A stretch of DNA of 64,000 nucleotides from Lingula anatina (GCA_051362555.1 CM120641.1:16864001-16928000), one strand, 5' to 3'. Positions 12,825 to 27,215 are shown, counted from the stretch's first letter. Program-made: numbers and translations. The notes: a model not told the origin generated them from the sequence alone.

Positions 12825-15800
12825 TCACGCAAACGGCCCAGTTCGAAAGTTGTATTGTCCTGCATATTGTGGCCTGTTTGACTTCTTTCTCGATCTCAAG
12901 TTCATTACTTTTTGAGCAGTTTTTGAATACGTAACGTTCCTGTGGAATTCCCATCCGACCTGCTCTTTCAGTTTCTGCTGCATTTCATCGTCCGTTTGGT
13001 ATGGGATTTCCTGCAGTGAATAGCAATGAATGTAAATTTACTGGTACGAGTAATCATACATTACCTGTTAAGCCCCCTTTACACTGGACGGCGTCCTTTC
13101 TGCGTCCAGCAGTACGGCCCCATTTGAGAGTTTAAAAATTATAATATTTTACGTGCCGACAACTGGCCGATCATTGAGCATTCATTCTGATACAAAATTA
13201 ATGCTCGTGCCTCCTTATTAAGACCACAGCGATAGCAAATTTCATGGTCGCAGAGAGGACGCAGAAAGGACGCCGTCCAGTGTAAAGGGGGTATTAAGAT
13301 TTATCTATAATTCACCCACTATTGATTCATTTACATATATTAAAAACTATATGGCATGTTGCTGTGTGCAGCACGCAGATGTGAGTGAGACTTGTCATTA
13401 GCGGCAGAAGGCCGTGCCTATGATGTACGTATGTACAATCGTGCAGCTTTGTTTTTCCAGTAACGTGTCATCTTATAACTATGAGGGCTTATTCCCAATG
13501 AAACTATCGTTCTACGTAGATCGATCCAACTCCGCGGAGACTCCCGCTGAATACATTTCATTTAACAAATTAACACGCCTCCTCTTGTTTGCAACGTACT
13601 CGTATAATCACCAGGTTTTCTGTATTCTACTCTGATTGCATTCAGCGAGAACCCCGTGGAGTTAGATCCATCTACGTAGAACGACAGGTTCAGTGGGAAT
13701 GGGCCCTAAATTAAATCGACAGTTGAATTACTGAACTGCTAAGAAGTCATTTAAAACAGAAATATTGTACAAGGATTTCGCACGTAATCGTTCATAATCA
13801 TTTATGAGAGGACGTGTTTAATTTTTAAAAAAACGTTATTTCTATTTCAGAAATGAATTAAATCATTTTCTACGTACTGTTTTTCTCAAATATCGCATCA
13901 TTTTCTCGTCACAATGCTCCATGAAGGCTTTCTTTGAGATCAGAATGCAGTCGGCGCCATTGGAGACGAGACTAAGACTTGGTTGTTCGGGGAAAACAAG
14001 ACTGCTCACGCCCTGGTAAAAGTATTTAGGATTAAATCAGTTCACAAACCCTTACACTCTAATCATCTTTCGAATGTGCCCGTAGAGAACGATTTTTAAT
14101 GTTTTCACCATTCAATATTTTCCTTAAAAATGTCACCAAAAACGTTATGAAATAAGAAAAGGAAACGTTTTAACGTCGGCATGCAGACACTGACTGCACC
14201 CCCCCCCCCTTCTGCGTAGGTTCTTAGAAACCCTACCCGCTGTTCAATGTTTAGATCACTTAACACGGGGTTTACAGCGGAATTACGTAGAGCAACAATC
14301 AAAGCGTCTGTAGCCTGGCTTAAAAAGCTTCCTGAAGTGAAGACGGTTTTCACAAAAACCTATGCCAGTACATGGCTTATGAGTACTTAGAAGTCTCATT
14401 TACACAACAGGTAAATTACATTTTAAGACCAGCATCAAAGCGAGATGAGCTGTCCCCGCAATTTCTATAGTTTACTGGTATTTTATTGCCTGTGGTTTCA
14501 TCAACTGGCAATAACAATTTGATCAACACACACACAAACCACTGGTTATTGTGAAAATCATGTGTGGACGACCGAATATGTGTTCTAAACAAATTAGTCT
14601 TCATAATAATCCGTGTGTCTGTTTAGTTCGAGCGGGTGCATATTCGGTCGTCCACACAGCGCGCGAAAGATAACACACACGTTCGTTTAAAACGATGCAT
14701 TTCTATGACGCTTCCTGAAAGAGCATTGCACTCTGTACACTTACAAAATACTGCCCCCTTTCGAGTACTTGCACCTCTATGAACTCAGGGTACAGATCTG
14801 CCTCCGTGAGCTCGTGGATCTTTACCGGTTTGTTGTCAAGGTCGTCTGCTATAGTCTTTCGTCCACTCACCAGCACGAAATTATCCTCTGCAACAAGTCA
14901 TATTGATAAACGGTTTCCTTCTGGTTAAATTGATATTTCTGGTTGTAGCCACAGTATTTACATGTGCGAATGACACAGGCACACATACACACACAATCAC
15001 ACACACACACACACACACACATAATGGATTTATTTTATTTATTCCATATTCTTATGCTTATATATCTTTGAACATTTATTTCCTCTTAACATTCCCTTCA
15101 ATATCTTTGTACCTACCTTTGTATTTAACATGCTCCTCTACATTTTTCTTACGCTTCCTTGATTGAGAAAAATATACACCCTAGAAATACAATACATACA
15201 ATATTGAATAGTAAACCGAATAGGTTGCAAATGTTGAACACCCCATTTACTGGATAGCTTCATATTCGACGATTTTGCGTCATTCTCTTCCTTTTTTTAA
15301 AATCTATCTATTAATCTTAAATTGAAAATATTTAGTAAGTTAAGTTTAAACAGACTTCGTGACAAGACAACATGACATGACAATCGATCGACAGTGCCAT
15401 ACAATATGACAAGAATTATCAGATCAGAAGAAAATCAAGAACATCCTCCTTCCATTTAACTCAATATTCTAAATCCATAGACATGACACAAAGAAAAAAT
15501 ACTTCACACCTTTACTGTCATCCACTTTACCTACCTTTGTTGTTGGACCTATTTCCGGCAGTTTCACAATTTCGTTTTCCGTAATTTGAACTTGAGCTTC
15601 TGGCGAGCCAGCGCTGCTCGGTGCGGATGGCGTTCTTGTCTGGTTAATAATTGGTAGACGTAGAACATTGTCGTTGGCTTCCTCCAGCTCTGTCTCCTCG
15701 TCAATATTATGCTTTTCATACTCTTGAATCACAGTGTCGTAATCTATAAGACCCATTCGGTCGTCCTTGTTGTACAATCCGGGTAAAGTCTTCCCCTAAA

Positions 15801-18800
15801 AAATGTGAATGCCATACTGTATGTGAAAAAGTGCGCTCTTTTCGTGAAAAAAAAAACGAATTAACTGAAGCTTTAGAAAATCACAATGTTAAATTTAATT
15901 TGTGCGATTTGCAAAAGATGCTAAGATCGGTTTGCGATTTATTATCATCATTATTGGTGCAAGGACAGAACTATTGTATAAATATTTAGAAACTTTCAAA
16001 TTCTCTACAAATAAGTGTTAAAACACATTCATGTTGATGTACGAGGGATTTATGGCTAATAAAATTAAGATATGTGTAACAGATTAAAAATTGACCGAAG
16101 ATCCATATATGAAACAATGTGGAAATTGTACGGATAGTCTCATAAGTTGTTTAAACAAAAGTGGGATAAAGTAGTAATAACTGAGGGGTTTATAAAACAT
16201 TAAGCACACAATACATGAATACATGCAATTTTTTGTTGGTAATACAGGACGCGTCAAAAAGTGGACTATTCCATCTTATCCCTTTGGGCCTAATCCGGAA
16301 CAACTGGTAACAGGGACTTAGTGTCATATTAAGTTCAGGCAGCGGGGTTTAATTTACTCGGATTGTACGAAATCAATGCCACAAGAACTTTATTACACTC
16401 TTCCTAGAAACCCAGTTGTCATAGTTCTTAGGTGTATCACATTCTGCGTTGACAGCTAATGGTAAACACATTAATGTATTGATTATAGGCGAAACACAAA
16501 GATGATACCTTAGAATAGAATTAGATCTTAGAATAGGCAGTTAAATGACTATGTTGACTTCTTTTGTTTACGGAAGAGCTTGCAAGTAGCTGCATAAGTC
16601 CTATAGCTCCAATGACGAACATTCAACAACAAAACTAGTAAGGTCCGGTAATGCTGTTTTATAATTATTCACGGAAATACACAGCACTACCAAATAACAT
16701 GTCCAATATCAGGTGTTGTATGCATATGTAATGTAGCAGTGCAAAACGTGAAGAATTCTAAAAAGAGCGGGATATAATTATCGAAAGAGATACCATGATA
16801 GGCCCATTTCTTGCGATTATATTATATTATATTATATTATATTATATTATATTATATTATATTATGCCTACACACAAAATGAAAGGTTTTCCCGACAGAA
16901 ACTTACCAAATCACGTGTTGAAATTGGTACTTCCCCTTTTTCATCTAGATTATCGAGACTTTTCGTTTTGCTCTTTTTTCGTTGTCTAGGGCTAGAGAGC
17001 TTTGTGAGGGATGAACTGGACGCTTTATCTGAGACATTGTCTGAAAGAAAGGATAACAAGGTGGGTATAAGCCAGAGAAAAATTTTAATCAAAATTGAAT
17101 TTCGGAAAACTGTTCTTGGTATTCTCAAGCAACAGTGTGCGGCGAGATGGCACTCATGCAGTCTGAAGGCAGTCATGAACTACATGGGTATAACGTATGT
17201 ATATTGGCATTTTGCGTGCATTTCTCCTGATCTGTTATTCGCCTTCAATAGAGCGTAGTACTTGAAGTGTTACAGCGTAAAAAATGAGCTTTACTTCTGA
17301 AACGCTGATTTGACAATCGGCCCTTGTACCTGTACGAGCTTCACCGAACGTATTGATTTATTGTCTCTCTGAAGAGAATTTTCAATATTACCTTTTTCAT
17401 CCTCAGGATTTTTTCTTTTCCTGTCCACTCTGCGGAGCTTCTTTAGCACTGATACGCTCCCCTGAAGTGGAAAAATGCCTTCCATTGTTGCAATACATGT
17501 ACAAAGCAAATTAATTTTTATGCACGGTAGCACACGTCACTAATGTATCTGAGAGACACAATGATTTCACGACAGTACGCTTCCTCTCATCCCAAGCACT
17601 TGGGTTCAGTCGTCTCCGTCACTACTCTGAAACTCAAGTGTCTTTTTGCTTGATTGACTGAATCAGTCGTACTGTTTTTCGTAACTTATCGTCAATATAA
17701 TTTTATTAATATGGGAACACAAACCCAGTTATCTTGTCACGTTGGGACCATGTGGCTGTCACGTTGCTGCCAATCATAACATGGTCCCAACATAGCGTAC
17801 TTGCTGGGAGACCTCAATACGTCGAAAGTGGCAAGCCTCTTTTTTTTTAATCTTACATTTCTCTGGCTCGTCCATTTAACAAAATGTTTGATCATATTTT
17901 ATATGAAAATATCAAAACCAAATCTTACCGACTTAACTATATATATCCAGTCCGAATAACTGCTGTCCCTCACCAATACTTGACCACGACTGAAGGATAA
18001 ACAGGATAAACGTTTGAAGTCATTTCAAATTTGTACCTTGTGCATTTTATTACCGTACCAAAAACAAAAATGTACAACATTCTGATTGCTGGGACATACA
18101 CAGTAGTTTAACTGTGGAAGAAGAACCAAATTCACAACCTATGCCACGTGTTCAGGCATCTGTCAACAGTATAGCCGTGTTCCAATACTATTTTTAATCA
18201 GCATGGACAAAAGTTCATCTATTCTAGGCAAATTCATTTTATAGCAAATAAACAGTCAATAATTATTTCATCAATATCATGAAAAATATGCCCCAGGGAT
18301 TCTAAGCAATTCTTGTATTTGTCAACAAAGCCTTCGAAAGTTCACTGAAAGTGCGTTTTATGTGCATAAACTCAATCACCTACCAAGAAAATAACACTTG
18401 CCTTCTCCTTAACAATAAAGTTGCTACATTTATCAATCCAGGTAAGTGGTAGAAATCAAGAGATACTTCAGGTGTGTTTACGGTAAACCATTAAGACATC
18501 ACGGGCTCTCTTCAAGTGAATGAATGCTGTAGTGAAGTGGCTGAGATCGACTCTATTAACGCACTGCTATGCAAACAGCAAAAGAGCCGCTTACCTGAAG
18601 AAGTGGAAAACGCAAGCTTCCTGGGCTAGTTTATCTAATGGATACATGCGAAGAAATGGGACACTTCTGAAATACAAAACAGTATTTTAGAAGGATATTT
18701 TGAATAATGACAGCAAGAACCATTAAAACAGTGCGATAAGAGAAAGGAAAGCCAGTAAATAAATATATTCCTTGGAGGGATTTAGTAAAGCACATCCTTA

Positions 18801-21105
18801 GATTTTCACCCTCACGCCATAAATAACAACAGGGACTTGAATACAACTATAAAGAAGACTTAATATTTACTGTACTAAGAAAGTCCTTAAGCGATTTGAA
18901 GAACCGAAGAAATACTTTACCGTATTATCTTCGTACATTACCTCAAAAATTTATTATGATCGGGATCATTGACATTCTTCATTCCTCCTGACATGAATAT
19001 TTCTTCAAAATCCTAAAAGAGAAATGGCTTTCAATCTGTGTATTTCGGTTCCATATGTCTCTGAACAGTGGATTGGGATAGGCCTATGTGCCAAAAGACT
19101 ATACAGGCAGCAGATATGTTAACGATTTTCAGTATTTCAAATAATATCAGGTGCGTTCTAGTTTTTAACCCTCTACATGTATGAGCTACATTGAAAGGCA
19201 ATAATGTGTTCATGCGTTAGTGGTACACTGGTCCTCGATACCCTTTACCACGGCCACAGATTGACTTTTTATAGAATATTCACAAATATGTCTTTAGATA
19301 AATAGACGGTCATTTTACTATCTCTGGTTTTTCCCATTTTTCCCTATATAATCTGCCACCCTGGTAGAGGTTAGGTCCTAGACACACGCGGTGGTGGGCG
19401 TGGGTTGACGCAGTTAAAAGAATACATTTATATCTGGTCTTCCGAAACGAGCCGTGCTTACCTCGAGAGATATGCATAATAATTCGACGGCTGTCTTGCT
19501 GACAACAGTAGCTTGTCGAATACTTCTGCTGATGAGGGCGAGCTCCTGGAAAACCAGAAATTATTTTTTCAATTGCGCGAGTTGTCATACATGTACACAA
19601 AGGATTTTGATACATTTTTACGTGTAGTTATCATTTATATAATATCCGTTTGAGAAATGTTAAGGAACTTGGATTATTACCCCAAACTCCATTCCTCTGT
19701 GTAAAAAGCAGATGGTCCTTGGAACATGGGAGTTTTCCTCCAGTACCGTTATCACAACTAAAACACAAAAGGAAATATGAATATATAGATGCTAGGGAAG
19801 ATATCAATTACCTTAACGACACGCAAAATCCAAAACATTTTAGTGAATTAGCAACTTGTGAAGATAACAACAGTTATTACACCAAAAGGTGACAAAATCA
19901 ATGCATTTACGACACCGTTGTTAACCTTTCTGCAATTGCCTTGGATTTAATATTGCTGTTATTGGAAAAATGATACCATAGAACTCACTTAACCTTTACA
20001 TAAGTCTACTGGGATCCTTATAAATCGCCATCATCAGAAAAATTACCTGTTCCTGATAAAATAAAGTAGAAGGCTGAAGGCGGGTGTCCTTGGCGAACGA
20101 TTGCACGTTTACTTTCATACCTGAAATGTGCAAGAATGCTTAATTAACAAGTTATTTACGTCTCAGAGAAAACCGGGTTCTTTAGTTCTTTGAGGTTGGG
20201 GGAGGGTATGATAGAAATACACTATACACATAAATCTCTGACGAAATGCACCAACAACCCTTTCCCGTTTCAAAGTTCTATGTACATCTTTACAAATAAA
20301 TATGCAAAATTTGTCGAAAAGGATAAACCTTTTACCCTTTCTGTTACGTTTTGCAATCCAAAATCCTTTTCACAGGCATCTAAATCGTTACCGGTGAAAA
20401 AAGACAGAAGTCTATTTCAGGGAAATATTCAAATGTGGACGCCACACTCTGAAATAGGTAGATTTACTCTTTCAACTGCGTAAGTCAATGTTTGTCACCA
20501 CTATTCAAAGAGATTTCACACTGCATAATCCTTGACGACACTCACCCTTCATACCAGCTTACAGAACACATTCTCTTCTGCATTCTGATGGGGTATTCAC
20601 TGAACGATTTGATGGTGCGTAACATTATCAGAAGCTAAAAAAAAAAAACAAGATTCCTTTCTATTAAACTGAGCGATATTCATATGCCTTGTAATCTATA
20701 GCTGTTATTTTTATTTTGGCCATACTGGGCAGTGTACAGAATAATAATTTAGTTTGAAATTGAAGAAATTGCTTATGTCTTACACTGTACATTAGTAACC
20801 ATGTATTGGCACTGCAGTTACTTTGAAATTAATATTTCAATTCCCATTTAAAATAGACTAAAACTATGGAAATCTATTCTAAACTGTGGAAATATACACT
20901 ACATATGCCCTTTTATAGAAAGGCATTTTATTTTGGAACTAAGAAATACCAATATTTTTGTTTTGTTTTGAAATACGTGTGTACACTCACATATTTCAGC
21001 TCCTTTTCTGTCCTTCTCTCTGGTTGTTTTTGGAGTATTCTTTTAGCCTCCTGTGGAATCCTTTCCTACAATGATGTTGTGCTTTGTGATATTATCCTTT
21101 ATAAC

Positions 21106-21154
<49 letters not shown>

Positions 21155-22537
21155 AACAGTAGTAGTGAAAGAAGTAATAGTATTTTATCAGGCAGGCAAG
21201 GGAATCTATATCGTATCTTTATCGCAGCATCCATATTTTAAAGTATTATTACATTTTAAAGATATGTACCTGCACCCAGGAAAATCTAGAAAGAATCATT
21301 CAATTCGTCCCAGTTGGTTTTCTCATTCGTGACGTAATTTGTGTTCATCTCAATTTAATAAAAATTTAAACAAGCGGGGGCTAAGAAACAAAAGTGACAG
21401 CGCTGTTTAAGGTAATTTTTCTTACCGCCTGTTTGACTTTAAAATAAGAAAGGTCAAATAGTAATTCCTGGCCGTCCACTGTCTGGTTCGGCTGGTCATG
21501 GTACTGAGCCAGGGACAAGAATTCGTCTTTTCTTTCCTCGGCTCTGAATTAAAATGTACTCGTATGAAGGTGAAAGAATTATGATTTGCACTGGAGTGTT
21601 TCTTACATTTGGTAATAAAATAATTAACAATATGTTGGGCCATATAAGGAAGATTTTTTATGTATTGTCTCACGGGGAAACTTTTCTTCTCGATTAAGTT
21701 GGAAGGTTTGTATATAAACATAGGAAAATTTATCAATTAATTAATTATAAAATTTATATGAAATCAATAAGGGGCACAGGCCTCCTAGATTCACCTACAC
21801 ATTTACTACACTTACCTCTGATATGAAAACCTGCACCAGCTAATACAGACTAGGATCACTCTTGCGATTCGTCGAAATTTCTCTAATGGATGACCCTGGA
21901 TACAAATGAAATCTTTATTCATTGCATAAAAAGTGTTACTTCTATATTTCATAAGCCAGAGTCACTATCGTGACAGCATTTTTGATAGGATTATATTTCT
22001 TTTAATGCACATAGTCATTAGACGTTGGAACACCTTGTAGAGACCTACTGGGGAAATTTTCACCTTAGTTATCTTAGTAATGCGTTCTTGTTTACTATTT
22101 TATGCTCAATATTTGAACGTGCATGCTACATGTATTACATTAACTAAGACTTTCCTTCGTGATCAAAAGATGGAATGAAATATGCTCAGTGACTCGAAAA
22201 ATTTTCTGCGGTCATGTATTACACCACAAAAAATAGTGATAAGATCAATAATAAACCACACAAAATGTAGGAAAAATATCAAAGATATCCCAATGCTCAA
22301 ATTTGGCCATGAATAACTCACATCTCTGTTGTATCGCATAAACTTGAGAATCTGCCGTGACATTTTGAAGATGGCTGGCATTGAGGAGTTGGATTGGGAG
22401 GACTGTCGTCTGCCTCCCAGACTGTCAGACCTCTGTGGTTTACCATCTTTAGTTACAGGACTACTGGAATGACGCGTCGACCGCCCAGAATCCATTGAAC
22501 TCATTGAATTATTCAGGGACGACTTTCGAGGAAACAT
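12825..22537 (-). CDS. Cyclic nucleotide-binding domain protein (CNBD2-like), two CNB domains, about 17 exons
   Basis: In-frame GT-AG exons encode MFPRKSS..., LLFDLSYFK, KSFSEYPIRMQ, IVRQGHPPSAFYFILSG, GMEFG|ELALISRSIRQATV (phosphate-binding cassette, exon 19462-19545), DSSYSDWIYIVKS|GSVSVLKKL, EVQVLERGQYF|GVSSLVFPEQPSLSLVSNGADCILISK. The last exon 12825-13010 ends TGPFA-TGA. Confidence 0.88.
13072..13293. mobile_element. Harbinger-like MITE in last CNBD intron
   Basis: ~35-bp TIR CCCCCTTTACACTGGACGGCGTCCTTTCTGCGTCC and its reverse complement, with TTAA/TAA flanks. Confidence 0.85.
13484..13707. mobile_element. Palindromic MITE related to family A
   Basis: Long imperfect IR (GGGCTTATTCCCA...TCGTTCTACGTAGAT / ATCTACGTAGAACGA...TGGGAATGGGCCC). 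Shares GAACCCC..GGAGTTAG.TC.ATC with family A. Confidence 0.8.
16817..16864. repeat. (TATTA)n pentanucleotide microsatellite
   Basis: Directly visible. Confidence 0.95.
19239..19373. mobile_element. MITE family C copy (9-bp TSD, Mutator-like)
   Basis: Ends TACCCTTTACCA / TGGTAGAGGTTA; flanks GGTCCTCGA / GGTCCTAGA (8 of 9 match). Confidence 0.8.
21104..21153. repeat. (TAT)n microsatellite
   Basis: Directly visible. Confidence 0.95.
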
Positions 22538-25423
22538 GACAGCGAGTGATGAAGACTTTGGTATTGTGTGATTATTAAAAATCCAGTTATTATACTACCA
22601 AACAGGCACAACCTGTGCTAAATACATTGAACAGGTTTCGAAATTATCATTTTCCTTCACCCGTCATGATACAAAAATATGCGTCTGTTGTAAATAGAAG
22701 TAACCATGATAATAACTTTTCCCAAGGTGTTCATCAGAAGACGGCAGCGTCAGCATTTATAAAATCCAGGCTTAAAAGTTTCCCATGGCCTCAGACACGA
22801 ATCTCGTGGTATTCTCCTATTACTCAGAGGCGCTTTTTAAATTCCAAAATATCCATTTTCCAACTGCCATCGAAGAAGGTGCTGAAACTGGACCTTTCCC
22901 ACTCCGTTTGACCCAGATGTTTGACCGTAACCATCGGAAATATTGAGACAATATTTACCAGTATTCTCAACATCACTTGTGGCAGTGAGTGGGCATTAAC
23001 CCGGGAGTACCCATTGTGTTTGTATAAACATATATCGCTTCATATGTGTGTACCTTGCTATAATCTTATGTCAATCTTTCCGTCCATACACCTGCTTTGA
23101 AAATTTTGTTGGGCAAACGACGCCTTTGTTTGCGGTTCAAATTACTGGCAACTCTCCCTTACATGGTTCAGTCTCTATTTTTTTAATTATCTGTTACAAC
23201 CCCGATGCTTTTTAATCTTTCAGAAGGTTAAATTCCCGTTATGATAGCTGCTTATCAATTTAATTAAACTACGAGTATCTCAATCACAGCATGAGAGCCA
23301 CAGTGGACGTGCCAGTATTTATGAATCGTTTTAGGCTGAAACGCGTTTTATCTATTTTTTCAAGACATACTTGGCTTTTTTTTTTTTTTTTTTGATGTTT
23401 TCTGTGTGCTATTTGTTACATATAAACTGTGTGACAATAATCGTTCCGTTTTACTAATCTTATTTTGTTTGAGCATTTTAACAGAAAGAACTGGCTGCCT
23501 TTCAAAATCTTTATGAAAAAACCCAGCTGGAACGTTCTTCAGAAGGGGTACTAGTATACTCGAAGTCCTTGCGTCATGAAACCACTCCAAATTTTGATCA
23601 TATCGTATGGCAGTCATTGTTTGGCAACGATTGAAAATGGTTGGAGTATAGCCTCCTTTAGCGGCAAAGAATTGCTTCTCAGATGTCAGGCATTGTTTGA
23701 CAATTCGTATGATGCTTCTGAATGGGGCACATTGACACATTACGTGGAACGGAAATAAAGTCAAGGTAGTTTTCCGGCAAACCTTGATGATATTTTCATA
23801 ACTCCATTAAGTGTGGTGCTAAAAGCAGTGTTAAAAGCCTATGCATCATTACACTCAGTGCGACATAATAAATGAAATTAAAGGCGAGATATTGGTATCT
23901 AAGCACATTCTTATACAAGAACGCGCAAAGCTCAACTCAAAAATAGAGGAACCCAGCCTATCAAAGTAAAATATAAATAAACAAAGCCCACTCCTCGGGC
24001 CCAAAATTCCAAAACAAAAGAACAGATGCCATTGCTCACCTTTTTTCTGGCAGACCTTTGCCATACAGCTCTGTACTGACTGTAGCACCTGTAGCCAGTT
24101 GGGACGTGCGACGTTGCTGTCGCCGTAACGCAAAACCCAGCGTTCATTTTAACTCATTTCTCACAGATTCTACATTTTAAGTCGCCATCCGAATCATCTT
24201 TAAAATCTTAGACATCTCATTCGTGTTTGGTTGTCTTTAAACTGATGCTTGAATACCTCTGCAAATTGTTGTCAGTATTTGGTATAAACTTATGTATGGA
24301 TTGTAATAGCTAGTAACTCCTGTCATTTTATCTTGAAAAAGGGGACTAAGTCAACACGGTTGTCATCTGAAATCAGTGCCGTTGTCAAGACTTAAATCAA
24401 AGGAAGATTAAGTTTAAGCATCAACACTACAATGTATACGCAGTAAAATCTAAAGACAAAAACGTAACGAAATTGAGAACAGGTAATTTCATATCCCCAA
24501 AGAGAACAAAAGGCTTGACTAAATTAAAGTCAAGTAGATTTATATCCCGAAAATTAAGATGAATGATGAAATTCCGAGATGCCCCCACGAGAAATTTAAT
24601 AAGCTTAATACGCGATAATCCGAAGTAAACGTCGTTATCAGAGAAGTTGTCTCCCTAGGCGTAATGGGTTTAATGCTTCTGTGTAATTTCGCATGAACTC
24701 AAATAAATACAAAATATGACACTAAGGATATACCTTTTGTTATTGCTATTTGAGGGATCATTAAGATAGAGAGAAAGGGGATCAGGGAAGAGGGGGAGCA
24801 GGTAACTCTTTAGGTCTTTATTTATAAATTATAGGCCCCGCCAGATCTTTCAATTACGTTGAAGTTTTGCTTTGACGTCTATCCTGTTGTTTGTTTGGTC
24901 CTACTTAAAAAGGATAATTCTTTGGATAGATCCTTTAGATAATTCAATACAGATGACTATATTTGGCTGAAAGCAGCACGAATCGCGAGCATAGCGAACT
25001 ACCAGTATAAAGAAGGCATCACCTTGTCAGTGTCAACACTACCTTCCAAATCTAAATAATCGTTATGTTGCTGTGGGATGAAATGGAGCGTAAATGAAAT
25101 GTACACACTAAATAAAACACCGAGAACCAAATGAAGGGCTGCTATTTATCCATCAAAACGTGTGTCAATATATTGCTAAAAGGGGCACATGATTAAAATG
25201 GAGCTTCTATTGGAGCTCAAGCGAGCTGACAATAGACAAGTGTGTTGTTTTACTTACTAAACGCTCGTCATTGACAACTTCAATATTATCATACTGTTGG
25301 CTGAAGGCCTTCTAGCCTCTCATTATACGTTAGAGCTTTATTTAACTATTTGCTGGGTGTGGAGGGTAAAAAAACCATAAGCACTGTTTGACAACCGACG
25401 ACTCAGATGCCAGGTCCTTAAAC

Positions 25424-27215
25424 ATGTACATCACGGTGCGTTTCGGTGGTAAGTATTCCATTTTCAATAATTCTCCTTTGTGGTGCTCTACATACATGTA
25501 ATTTTTTTCTTTGTGGTCTGCGGTTCTTTTCTTAATAACAAAATTCATGATCAGTCAAGTCGGATTCTGCCATTTTTGCCGGTTTTTTTTCGTGCTATTG
25601 GATATAACTACCTTCCATCACTTTTATCAACCGTGTTTCCAACATAGATTTTAGTAACTGATAACATAACCTTAAATTGTGTGCATTGACTTTGCGTGAT
25701 ATGTTGTTCTTAATGCAAATCACGTTTTTATATTACAGACCAGGAACAAGCACTATTCAACCCGCACTGTCGCATTATATCACTGGTGAATGAGATTAAA
25801 GCCAAGTGTCGATGCGAAGACGGTACCTCAGTCTTTTCTTTTGACAAGCAATACATTCAATCTTATCATGACATTCAACTGACTCGAGATATCACGAACA
25901 GATTTGAATTTCTTTTGAATTGCCTTATGTTATGACTGCCGTGACGCCATTACAAGTAAAAAAAATTGATAAATAAAATTTGAAAAATAAATAAATAAAT
26001 AGAATACAACATATATAATCACATTGTGCATATTTATCTCAAATAATGCCTAAAACATAACCAACACATTCATCCTTCAAGATTTTGATATTTAAAGGCG
26101 AAATGTGTCCTTTCTAGTTGACATAGACCTGTGTGATGAGTCTGGGAACGTGAAGCACCTGGGGCACCAGGCACAGTTTAAGTTTGCCAGCGACCTTCTT
26201 GTTGACAGAGAAACCTACATTTTAATAAAAGTGGAAAGTGAGTAGCTTTTTATTATCAAATTCATTTTTTGTAATTAATTTGCATATTTTTTTAAAATAA
26301 GAAAATCTGGGAAGAAAAGGGTAATGATAAGAAAGGGGGAATAAACACAGACCATTCAAACAGTAATTTAACACTGCCCAGCATCAATGTTGAATTCTTG
26401 CACACTCATTCCAAGTTGTTGAAATGAGACAGTTCAAACGTCTGCTTCTCATAACTAGTCGGGAAAACAAATCGCATTGTTTATTCAGTACCTTCGCGTA
26501 TTTTTGTTTAATCAGTACATAAAATTGTGCAGGTGCAACGAAGTCTACCAGCTGGGGCAAGCAATTTGTGCATGAACAGTTTCTAAGATTATTTTACTTT
26601 TCATGCTGAGAATAAAGACACATTATAGATACCCTCTACCAGGGCCGCAATTATTATTGTGGACATTTTTGCTGAGGCACAGTACAGAGATAAGCCATCT
26701 TTTTAACCAGAGACATATCTGTTAATATCTAGTAAAAAATCAATCCGTGGCCCTGGTAGAGGGTATATTATAGACACGTTTTCAGATATTATCATATATA
26801 GAAAGCATCCCCTCAGAATCCTTTACGACTGACAATATCAGAGTCCCATAAATTATCCCCATTGTCCTATAAAACTCTAGGTAAGCATCCCCTAATCAAC
26901 TTCCTTGACATTAAAACGTTTACGAAACGTGAATGACAAAACCCTCTCTTCGACATTTTAGGAAAAGATGGCGACCCCCAGTATCTTCCACTTCTGCAAG
27001 CAGACGACGAGACGCTCTCGGAAGCGTTTTTCGCACGCCTCTCCAGCAAGGACGACGAGTTGAAGGTGTATGGGAGGCGAGGGCGTGCGGCGTCTCGAGA
27101 CGTCAGGCGTGGGTCGAAGGAATACCTTAAACTTAAGCAGCTTGGTGACAAAAGCAGCGTGAAATCTAAGTCTCCTACGCAAACCAGGACCAAGTCAAGA
27201 CAAAGCAGTAAATAG
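25424..27215 (+). CDS. C22orf15/CXorf65-like protein, 160 aa, 4 exons (25424-25448, 25739-25822, 26118-26237, 26962-27215)
   Basis: Spliced translation MYITVRFGD|QEQALFNPHCRIISLVNEIKAKCRCED|VDIDLCDESGNVKHLGHQAQFKFASDLLVDRETYILIKVE|RKDGDPQYLPLL...SSK*. All introns are GT-AG, phases are consistent and the CDS is 483 nt. Motifs match my recollection of the C22orf15/CXorf65 family. Confidence 0.88.
26630..26765. mobile_element. MITE family C copy (9-bp TSD)
   Basis: TIR TACCCTCTACCAGGGC / GCCCTGGTAGAGGGTA; flanks CATTATAGA / TATTATAGA. Confidence 0.85.

Noticed and set aside
17740-17790. 13-bp inverted repeat GTTGGGACCATGT/ACATGGTCCCAAC
   Set aside because: Short and probably a MITE remnant; nothing further supports it.
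20866-21241. Poly-Tyr/poly-Ile ORFs
   Set aside because: Translations of the (TAT)n microsatellite.
22615-22990. 98-aa ORF whose frame stays open past a TGA (possible selenocysteine or readthrough)
   Set aside because: No redox motif, no SECIS seen, and splicing onward from the 22985 donor to the acceptor I tested hits a stop.
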